In this document: one piece after another, positions 13,548 to 24,048 of the stretch
Layout: every line of letters begins with the position of its first letter
How positions within the stretch are numbered: position 1 is the first letter of the stretch
Origin: Marsupella aquatica
Taxonomy: Eukaryota > Plantae > Marchantiophyta
Direction of reading: 5' to 3'
Assembly (NCBI GenBank): GCA_973895155.1
Contig: OZ316891.1
Location: 8,123,875 to 8,187,874, forward strand
DNA: 64,000 nt
Notes under the pieces: model-generated
What the model saw: the letters and a program-made list of their open reading frames with translations, nothing else
Databases searched by the model: none
What the model was told of the DNA's origin: nothing
Program-made: the position numbers and the translations under genes

Positions 13548-16500
13548 GGATGAGGCAGCAAAGGTGATGCGCATCGGGTACACGTTCACGACCCAGCAAG
13601 CTCTTGGTGTACCGTCCTGATTTTTCGGGAAGGTGAACGAAGAATCCGTCTTTTAGCTCGAATTTTACCCGTCATGAAAAGTTGATTCGAATTTTGCAGT
13701 CATGAGAGCAGGAGCAATCCTACCGGATCTGTTCCGCTCTTTATTGCTGCCGAGTAACGTGCGTTGATTGAGATTTGATTTCGTTTCGTGAGGAGAAAAA
13801 AAGAGACAATCATCCCGGGTCTCGACGTTGGAATGATGATGGCGATGATGATGCGGGTCTGTTGACAAGGGCCGAGGTCGGACGAGAGATTTGCGCCGTC
13901 GATCGGAGGAGAGACCGAAGTGCGGTGGCAGCATCAAGCTGTCAGCAGCAAGATTGCGCTACTCACTACTACCACTCAGCACTACTGCTACTCACCGCCT
14001 GCCGGTATGAGGACTGTCAGTCGTCTTCGGGGTGGCCACATTGCCGAAAGGCAAAGTACTTGGGACTCGGGAGGTATCCTTCCCGAGGAAAAGACGGGAA
14101 CAAAAGAGGAATTGATATGATACCATCAGGTCACGGTTCAACAGTCAGTTAACCCTATCACGGACCGTATCTACTTGGACCAGGGGAGGCGGGGAATAGA
14201 AGATTCGTGTCTCTCATGATTTTGGCGTCGGGTAGATGGCTCAATGCGGAATTCATGGGAAATTGGGAATCGTTCAAGGCTAGAAGAAATTAGGTTACTA
14301 CTCTTACTGTAGTCAGTGTAGTGTAGTTCTTTGCTCGAGAGTCTCTGTCTGTCGCCAGCGGCAACAAGAGGAAGGCCCAGAAGTCTTGAACATTAAGATA
14401 GGCCCCAGTTGTGAGTACGTGGCGCTTATTAGTTATCGTCCACATTCTCCACGTCTTTTTGGCGCTGGCAAGCATCCCGTGTGCGCGAATAATCAAATCA
14501 GGTAAGACAACAACTGTAGCTGAGCCGGAATGGTCTGTTCCTACATCACTGGATGTGAAACTCTGATGGATCGCGGCTTGTAAATTGTCAGTACCTTTTT
14601 TGCGGTGATTCCTCTTCGCCAGGGTCGTCGTGAGGAGGCTCCTGTGGATAGTCGCTGTGAAGGGGAACGGGAAGCGTGTGTGTGTGCTCCTTCTCTGCTT
14701 GCGTGTTTCTTTACGTACGTACGACCTTTTCTTGCTAGTTGTGTATCTTGTTGAGGGAGGGGTTTGGTATGGGTTGGTTCTGAATTACGGGGACGCAATT
14801 ATTGCTGCGGGAGCTGTCACTGAGTGACATACAGTAAAAGGTACTACTTTGAAGGATTGGAGGCATCGATCAATCAACCAAATTAAGCAAACAGCGGAAC
14901 AAATCGTCCGGCCCTGGCTAAAGAAAGATAAATTAAATTTGATGCGAGAAAAGGAAGGGAACTGACCAACAGGCTAAAAAAGGCTGGCTGGCAGGCAAGA
15001 AGAGGAGGAGGCGATTAAGTTACTGGTTGCCGCTGACTGTTTCTGTCGATTCTGTTCTGACTACTGGATTGCTGCCATCCCCTACGACAACTTACTACGG
15101 TAGTCTGTGCGGCAAGAAGGGGGGGGGAATAGGGGCGAGAGAGAGCGATGGAACCAACCATGATGCGACGAGGAGGAGGGGTGGGGTGGGGCGGGGCAGC
15201 AGGGCCGGGCAGGACGGAGCATATTGTCACAGTACAGTCGCAAAGAAGCGTCAGCGACCGTGGAAAGCGGGGGAGGTCCGTCAGATAGCATGTATCCACG
15301 GTGAGAGATAGGCTTGGGCCACGCGCGAGGAAATCGTCGGTGGTGGTCAGAAGAATACTGAAAACGTTTGGACATTGCATTATCTCTCTGTCCGTGGGAG
15401 AGGAGACGAGGAGAGGAGAGGAGAGGAGAGGGGACGCGAGGCGTTTGTGTTGATTTCTTGGTGGAAGAGAGAAGGTGGGGAGGGTGAGGGGTGAAAGGAG
15501 AAGGAAGTAATAATAATAGCATTATAGCACGAGAAGATTCTTCTCGTGCCCCTGCTCTCCTCCCAAACTACAGTAGAAGTGTGTCTGTCCGTCTCGCGTT
15601 GGACATCGTGTGGCTTTGTATTTTTCACCTGTCACTCATTTTTTATTTTTCCCCCGGCGAGATATTTGGCAAACCACCGAACGTCAAAGTCCGCGTGGAA
15701 GGGAGAACAGACTGCCTTTAGGTGGAAGCGAGAAAGAATAGCATATCCCTCCGCTGGAACTGCTCAATTCGGTACCATGGGGAGATTAGCTAAAATCTTC
15801 TCTGAGTTGACCACACAGAGACGGTCGAATTCTTTGCGTATTTCGGCCCTTTTCTTTCGGCCGCCTCCGCGGTTGGGTTGGCTGGGCTGCTGCTGCTGGC
15901 TCAGGTGGCCCATGCGCTTCTCCCCCCGGTCCAACGCAGGCATTGAATGGGAACGCCCGCCTACTCCACCATGAGTGACCTTCCACGTTCTTGTAATTGT
16001 CGGCTTCGATCTATGCCAACAACGGCCGTGGATGTGACCGCCTGCATGTGACCGCGACTGTCACTGCCACTTTTTTTCTCAGTCACAGTGACAGTATCAT
16101 GTAGCGTACGTATACCATTAGTGAGAGATTGATGGGTTATGTAGCCAGATAAGTAAAGAACCGAGGAGACCCCCTGGCTAGGCGGGATATCCTCGGTCTG
16201 TATGGACAGCGTGGTAATGTGGAGCCTAGCGTACAGAGGAGATTTGATTGACGAAATGTTGCTGGTGACATTTGTTTCTTTACCTCCTTGGCCAGGAGGG
16301 GGGGGGTTGGGGCTGGGTTGGGTCCGGGTTCGAATAAGCAGGCAAGTGACGGTATGGGACCGGACACTGGGACAGGGCAGGGGGTGGTGGTGGTGGCGCG
16401 CGTGAGGATGGGGAAGAAAGAGTACAGTGTGGGGGCAAAGAATGGTGGTCACATTTCCTCCGCTTTACGCTCCTCCGTTTGTTTCTGCGTTGTGTCATTG

Positions 16501-17549
16501 TTCTCGTTTTCGACAGGATACATTGGCTTGCTTGATACCAAGCGCTGCTGCTGATGTGTAGTCTGTTATCGTCGTGCCTGCCATCGTCCGTCGTCGTTGC
16601 GTGCTTGAGAGTCATCGTCTTCGTCTTCGTCCGTCCTTCGGTGGTCAAGAGCCTTCGGTAGCTCTCGTCGTTCCGTGCTTGAGAGTCTGTCTTCAGCATC
16701 GTTCGGCGTTCCGTGCTCGAGAGTCTTGGTGAGGAGGAAGCTGTTGCGGGCGGAGCAATACGGAGTGTCTGGTCGTTTCGCCGTGCAATGGCCGGTTGCA
16801 TCAAGCAAGCAACCTTGGAGCTCAACTACGGGAGAAAACGCTTGTGTGTGCTGGACGGCAACTATCCTGGATGCATCGGTGAGTGCAGATGGTCGAGTTG
16901 TCGCCGCTGATTTGACAGCCGGCTCCTTCAGTCTCAGTGCGGCGTTGTTCATTGCAGCGAATTCCGGATCAGACAGTGCATCCTCTTCAACTTGCTCCGT
17001 TGTCTTTCTAGCACGAAGCCACCTGCGTCGAAGCGTTCCGAGTTGTTTGGAAGGTTTCGTCGATAACGGGATTGATTGGGCGATACTTTTTAGTCTATGG
17101 TGTTCAGTTTGAAGCTTTTGAAGACGCCATTGGAGCTTTGTCTTGTGTTCAAAGCTTAAAGAGACCTTCGCCGTGGACTACGACGATCACAGACCTGTCT
17201 GCCAAACCGACTGCAGCTCTCACTAGTGGACCTTCGCCGACGTTTAGTGTCTTTCAAACTGTCTAGTCTCACCCGAACGTGTACCGACGGAAGTGAAGTC
17301 AAAGAAGGCTTGTTGCTTTTGGTCGAGCATCTCTGGAGAGAGCCGTCATCGTTGTATCGTTGTAGTGGACCTTCGAGAGTACGAGTATTAACGTATCGAC
17401 TTCCGAGGTTAAGTGGAGTGCCCTTTCCGTCAAGGCGATCTACTTCCGTGGAGACTTGTTCGCACACTTCTCGCGGTTTGTCCAGCATCGTTTCTGTCTT
17501 TCAGCTTCGAGTTATTTCCTCCCATTCGAACTGAGGAATTCTTACAGTC

Positions 17550-19870
17550 ATGGAAGTATTAAGTGCTCGCATGGCTCCAGCGTTCAAGGGGGAAGACAAT
17601 TGGGGGAAGCACAAGAGAGTTTATGATAACAAGCACGCCAGGCAAGCGGAAGTAAATGTAGAGCACAGGCCCGAAAGGGCCTTGAATTACGATGTCGCTG
17701 CGATGCGAGAAATTGGCTACAAGAGGATGCATCATCCGGGAGGAGTCAACGCTTGGGAGGGAGTCAATAGACAGTCTAATGCTGCTCGATCTGTAAGCCG
17801 GACGAGTCTTGATGAGGCGACCATGCCTAATAGTTATTCGAGGAGGGCGGAAATGCCGGACGAGTCTTCAGATGATGAGCCCGATACCAGCAACGATGTC
17901 CAACTCGATGACAGTGAGAACTCAGGTGACGACGAGCCTGTCTCACCCCAGCCTACTGAAGCACCTCAGAAGTGGCCGATAATTCAAATCGTGGCTCCTC
18001 CACCTTGGTTACCCGAAGGCTGGACCGCAGTCCTTCGAACGCGAGAAAGCGGCTCTAAAGACAAGGTGATTTTCGTGGTCATGGCTCCAGTCTTGTGATT
18101 CATTTCAATTCGGCAGAACTTAAGTGATGGATGTCGTACATCCTGCCGCCGATACTATTGTTGCTTCGGATACTGTAGCTAATGGTTTCCTCTCGGTTAC
18201 CAACCTGCTTAACAATATAGACCTTCGATCAGTCGAGGCGTGTAGCTGATATGTGCCGAAGAAGTATTCTGAATATGTTCAGTTTTCATGCGTTGCTTCC
18301 ATCTCACGAACATCTGAGCTAGGAGGCGTTTTCGTTTGTTGGGGGAGTTCCCTTATGTATATGTTACGTTGGTTACGTGGAGATTGTTACTGATTTTTCT
18401 TGATTGATGAATGATGCAGTATTACGTGGATCCAGTTTCTCAACGTCGTTTCCGGTCTAAGACGGAAGTCAATTATTTTCTTCAAACTGGAAAGAGCTAT
18501 AGGTACAAGCGGAACTTGGCTTTGTTGACCAAACCTCTGAAGGAGGACCCAGTATCGCTGCCGAGTAGTGTTTCCTTGCGGAATGTACCACTGGACGTTC
18601 CCACTTCCCGAGAGTCTCTTCAGGCATTGCCATTCATGAGCCCGTCTTCCGGATATGGAAGCGAGCACCGAGGAAACATAGTTGGACAAGCCAGATCTTC
18701 TGTCTCTCCTGATCTTAGACTGAGCATACTTCCTTCTCAAGCAGAACTACCTCGCAAGCCTTACAACAAACCAGGGCCTAAACCGAAAATGAAACATTTC
18801 ACGGAAGATATGGGCAGATCGCCGATGGTCTCGGGGTCAAAGAGAAGCGCGGCCGAGGATAGGAAGGTGCTGGAATCCTCCCAAGGTCAAGGCACAGAGA
18901 ACAGGGGCAAGTTGATCCTCAAACTGAAGCGCAAAACTGCAGAACTAGGTAAGCTTTCCTCATTGTTGTCTTGTCCCTATGGTATTATCTTTCGGGGCTT
19001 CGTAGGAACCTGCAGTGGAGATGAGCTATACTACCGGATTGTTGTAAGCGCTGTGAATGCCCCTTTTTCAGTGCAGAACGAAGGTTATGCGGGGACTTTG
19101 TGATATGAGAAGCTGCAATCCAGGTCTTCAATTAACATGTGTACTGCATTCTTGACCTGTTTACAGATGATGGAGAAAGAAATGGAAAGAAACCACGACC
19201 GTTTGAAGTGGTCGGAGCGTCGACACCGGTATTGCAAGGGAAATCCAGAAGTAGCACCAGTGATGAAGATGAGAGGCATCTGAAGAATCCCTGGGCTGTT
19301 GATCATACTGTGGACAGTAGTTCCAGGGCGCTGATGCCACATTCGCTGGTTCCTTCAACTCACGTATCGAGGCGACCAATGACCAAAGCTCCTCTACCTT
19401 CTTGGCAGTATCAACCTCATCTTTCAGCTTTACCCCGTCCTCAATATGGTGGGAATCTGGTAGTCAGTTCCAATGGACAAGGCCACACATCAGAGAAAAA
19501 CTCTGGTTCTGCCACCATGGCGTCTACGGAGTCTGAGACTGTCAAAGGTCCGCCGAAGAGAGAATCTCCAGCAGAGCAGCTCCAGAAGCTAGGTAGGAAG
19601 TTGTGCATACAAGCTGTTAATGTTCTCTGTAGTGAATATGGGGGAAGTAACACTCTGCAGCAGATAAATGTGGGGCTCCATTCTTCTGTGAGTCACGGGC
19701 TGAACGGCAGCTTCAAATCTCAAATGAACAGCATGTTCAACCCAGTGAACAACGCGGTGTTCCACAGTCCTGCCCCCTTGCAACAACGTCAACCAACGAA
19801 GAGGATGCGAGGTAGTGGTGGCAAAGACAAAAGTATCATGCCAACGCACTATTCACTAGCTCCTCGTTAG
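17550..19870 (+). CDS. Methyl-CpG-binding domain (MBD) protein, about 582 aa
   Basis: Exons 17550-18065, 18420-18948 and 19167-19870 with GT-AG introns and consistent frame (1749 nt). The MBD is split by intron 1: PPWLPEGWTAVLRTRESGSKDK | YYVDPVSQRRFRSKTEVNYFLQTG. The rest is low-complexity and probably disordered. Confidence 0.85.
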
Positions 19871-20180
19871 TCATTTAGAGATTCTTTTTCCAAGTTCAAA
19901 TAATAGATGGAGTACTCCTAGAGGATGTACCTTTCTTTGGTCATAGGGTAGAGGCACCATACCATGTACAGCAATTTTTCCAGCCATTTGGTGTTCATAA
20001 GGGAGTCCTGTATACTATTAGCATTCGATAGGGTTTGGGCCCTTAATTGGATAGACTTAATTTGCGAAGGTCCTTGGTTTCTGATAGGAAGTGTACCGGG
20101 ATTAAATGGCGTCAATCAAATCAGATCGCAAGCTGAACTTGAGGAGATGAAGGCCAAGTTTGAGACAGATGTCGCCACTC

Positions 20181-20581
20181 TGCAATCTGAGAAACAGAGT
20201 CTTGAACATGAGTTAAGGCAAACCAGGGAAGAGTTAGATCTTAGGACGTTCCAGAGAGATGAACTAGGGGTAGAGGTTGAGAAAGGTGATTGACGAGAGG
20301 AGCCTTCTGAAACTTCAAGCGGATCGCCAATTGAAGGTAATTAAGGAGCGTCTCGGCACCTATACCAAGGAAGGTCACCAGATGCAATCTGAGAAACAGA
20401 GTCCTGAACATGAGTTGAGGCAAACCAGGAAAGAGTTATCTCTTAGCACATCCGAGAGATGAACTAGGGGTAGAGGTTGAGAAGGTGATTGACGAGAAGA
20501 GCCTCCTGAAACTTCAAGCGGATCGCCAATTGAAGGTAATTAAGGAGCTTCTGAAGGGCGCCTATTCCAAGGAAGGTCACC
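20181..20581 (+). repeat. Tandem duplication (202-bp period) encoding a frameshifted coiled-coil fragment
   Basis: tgcaatctgagaaacagagtc...gaaggtcacc starts at 20181 and 20383. It translates as LQSEKQSLEHELRQTREEL... with a frameshift and stops. Confidence 0.85.
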
Positions 20582-21774
20582 GGAGGATCGCCGCCTAGAA
20601 TCGATGTGGCCCATCAATCGCCTACCTTTTCCAGAACAAAGGAAAAGTGCTGGCACCACAACCGCCAGTGAAGGACAACAGCAAGCCGAAAACTTGATCA
20701 GTGGTACCAGGGAAATCTAGGGTCGGCAACCACTCAGAAAGCAGCAATCAAGCCGACACCGAAGGAAACCTGAGCTATGTCCGCCCGCAGACTACAATGC
20801 GAATCTGTACTACAACCGGACACTACATGGGTTAAGGGAAAGATGGCCAATCGAGCAGGTTAGATTTGGTCATTTTTGGGGGCATTTTACCCATGTGACG
20901 GCGACAGCACAGCACGTTTACAGTTAGAAACGTGCTCGGGTGGGCATAAGAGGGGGATGGGCCTGCACCATAGTAAGACACGGAGTGTGGAATGAGTGAG
21001 TCTCGTCTCATGATCGGCGCCAACAATTCTATGTTTTAATATTATTTTGTGTGTAATCTGATAGGTGTCGGCTTGCGATCTGATTTGAGTCTTCCAAATT
21101 TTACCAGGCGGTTCAGTTGGAAATTTTATACGAGGATTGTACTTTCGTTGTCAGGCATTCTTGAACCGACGAGCCAGTCAGTGAATTCAGCAGCATTGGC
21201 ACACATCTGTTGTCTTGCAACTGGAACGTCCAGAAACTATTGCTGAAACTGTCTAAGACGTCTTGAGAAATGTTGTCGAGTTGGTCCTTTAAGAGCCTCC
21301 ATTCTCTGTGGTCATTTGAAGACGTCAAAATGGTTCTACAGAAGAACATTCATTTGTCTGCATCTCGAATGTAAAGTGGGTCCCATAATATAGGTCCGGA
21401 CGTTTCTTACGGCTCGTCCTTATCAACTAAGTGGCCGCTGACTTTTTTGCTCACTCGCGGCAGTAGGAGGAAGATGGTGAAGTTCGCATACTACATTGGA
21501 TGTCTACTAGAAACTTATCTCCTTGGCTTAACGAAAGACGATGAAAATTGACCTGGACTGATTTATGGAGCTTTTGGCATTCATTTTGGGTCATCGCAAG
21601 CAATAATGCGGAATAGAGCTCGACTCCGTAACCAAACGGAAGTAAGCCAAAGGTAAACAAAAACATGTGGGACTTCTCGATGGCAGGCTTGAGAGCAGAG
21701 CAAATCAGGAGATTCACAGTTGATAATTCGTCTTTATGCCCCACATTGTATTCAGCGCCCAGACTAACTTGAGT

Positions 21775-21863
21775 CCAGTAACTGTGAACTCAAGGAGTAA
21801 CTGTGAACTCAAGGAGTAACTCCAGTAACTCCAGTAACTCCAGTAACTGTGAACTTCCAAGGA
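21775..21863. repeat. Short nested tandem repeats (gtaactgtgaactcaagga and ccagtaact units)
   Basis: Read directly from the sequence. Confidence 0.85.
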
Positions 21864-22855
21864 GGGAAGGCGAGAAACTACAGTAGAGGACATCGGGTCC
21901 AAGCCATTGCAGTGGTATGTCGCTTGACTTCATTTTAGATGAGGAGACTGAAACAACTTTCCTAGATTAAAGTACAGTGTTCCTCCGGTTCTGGCAGCAG
22001 AACGACCAAATCTGGCACCATGGAATACCGAGAAAGTCGGACCAAGAGCTTGGCGTCGGATCATTTCTTGGATCCTCAAGTACTAGAAGAACTTTGGTGC
22101 CCTATTATGAAGTAACATCTTGGTAACAGCTCAAATGTGGGACACAACTCCCTGAAAAATGAGTACTTTAGCTGAGTTTTGAGGGGCTTTGTTGCCCACA
22201 AAGCAAATTTGTGTCACAACTTTTTACTTTAATTCAAAATACCAACATTCTATCGATCAAATATCTAGAATTTTCCATTTCAGCGGTATGATTGTAAACA
22301 ATCACTTACTGTTTTTGAGGGGGAATTGTTGTTTGTTAAGCCCATAAAAACTCCCTGATAAAAAGAGAGCTTTAATTGTGCTTTGAGGGACTATTATTGC
22401 CCATAATGCAGGGAAAAGAGGGATATAGTTTGAATTTTGAGGAACTATTATTGCCCATAGCAATAAACCTTTCATACAACTAAGGGCCTGAGAGATTTCT
22501 TAGTTTTACTCTCATAAGTAAACGTGAGGAGAATGCCCAGATACAAATTTGGAGTGGGCATTCTTCTCCACAAGCACAGAAAATGAGGATGGGCCAACCT
22601 ACACTCATGAGAATAGGAAAAATGCATTAGCCTGAATCAAGTCAAGGACCCGTCTTGCCTTTGACACACATTATTTTCAAATGTGGTAAGAAGAAACTAA
22701 ATTTGTCAAAAAGCATATTTGGTGCCTTTTCTATCATGCTAGAGGGCATATTGAGATGTTAAGCTAGTTCGGGGAAATCCAGTTAGATAGATGATCATCC
22801 ACATTTATAAGGTAGATTTGCGTTTCCAAGTTAGTTTTTAACCTTTAGCGTAAAG

Positions 22856-23170
22856 ATGTATCTAATTGCCAAAAAAGAAGAAAAGCCAGGAAACAGGATT
22901 TGAAACACCGGAGATCCAGAAACACAGGAGACCCAATGAACGGGAGAAAACAAAAGAAAAACCCCCAAAAGACCAAAGAGCCAAAGTGCCCTAGAGTCTC
23001 ACACTAGAGCAAAGGAACTTGTCTAAAGCCCTTTCCAGTAGTACACTGACAAGCCTAGAAAAGCTCCCACTACTACAAAAGAAACTGAAGCCTTAGTGAG
23101 GAGTAAATTGAAACAGTATAAAATCTGGTAAAGCTCGCAAAGAAACCACATAGGAGGGTCATCACGAAGA
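22856..23170 (-). mobile_element. 3'-terminal remnant related to the CRE-like element at 34.5-37.5 kb
   Basis: Shares collinear blocks with 34500-34760: ctggtaaagctc...aaaccacataggagggtca vs ctggtagagctc...aaaccgcataggagggtca, and acccaatgaa. Minus-strand termini are ttggcaattagatacat vs ttgggcaatgtgatatat. Confidence 0.6.
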
Positions 23171-23440
23171 GTTTGTCTAGTGTAAACCTGATATCCGGAC
23201 AAGTTCTAATGTTTGGATGGGTCCATCTACAGTAAGTTGCAAAAGTATATCCAAGCATATCAACAAATATTGAGGTGTATCTGGGCACGGTTTTCTGTTT
23301 TCCTGGGTGTTGGTTTGGCAAAAATTAGCAAAATATAAAAGGCTAAAAGATAGTGGTTCCCCTTTCTTACCTGGCACTCTACAGTAGTCCTTTTTTCTGG
23401 CGAGTGATGAAGAAACTCCAGGCTTTGTATCAGCAGCGAA

Positions 23441-23586
23441 CATGAACTCTTATTTCGGAAGATTTGGCTCCTTCATGCGCTCCTCCTGCTCAAACAAAAT
23501 TGCCGCGGCCGACGATTCACATGACTCTTCTTTCGGAAGATTTGGATCCCTCATGCGCTCGTCCTGCTCAGTGACAATTGCCGCGC
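23441..23586. repeat. Tandem duplication, about 78-79-bp unit
   Basis: catga(a)ctctt.tttcggaagatttgg..c.tcatgcgctc.tcctgctca....aattgccgcg starts at 23441 and 23520. Confidence 0.9.
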
Positions 23587-24048
23587 TGATGCTTCTCTCC
23601 CGTGCAGCCTCTTCTTGTTTTCAAGCAGTTGTAGAGGATCGGCAGAATTGGAAAGATTCAAAGCGGCATGAAATTCTCAGTGTTACTCGTCGAGCAGAGT
23701 TATCGAGAGGCGGGAGGTCGCGGGAGGAGCAGAGTATCCAAGGGCTTCATTGATTAGAAGCGAATGCGGAGCCCGAAGATTGCGAGATGACTGACGAGCT
23801 GTTTGACGTCAAGCCAACTGAATGAACTGACGCACAGGCAGCAATTGATGCACTTGCATCACAGCATTCGGTACTAATTTCTGACTCGGTGCTCAGTGAA
23901 GCTCAACAAAGAGCTCCTGGAACGAACAAGAGCCTAAATCTTGGTTTTAAACCCTTGGGACGCTGTTGACCGGAGGTTGAAGCACTTGAACGCTTTGTAT
24001 GAGTGAATCATGAAATAGAAGCTGTTCCAGATACATCAACCAGGCAGG

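Noticed and set aside
13169-17534. Many overlapping 60-180-aa ORFs on both strands
   Set aside because: No recognisable domains. They are low-complexity GC-rich translations, as expected by chance in UTR or promoter DNA.
21775-21863. CRISPR-like appearance of short repeats
   Set aside because: There are no unique spacers, the context is eukaryotic, and these are simple slippage repeats.
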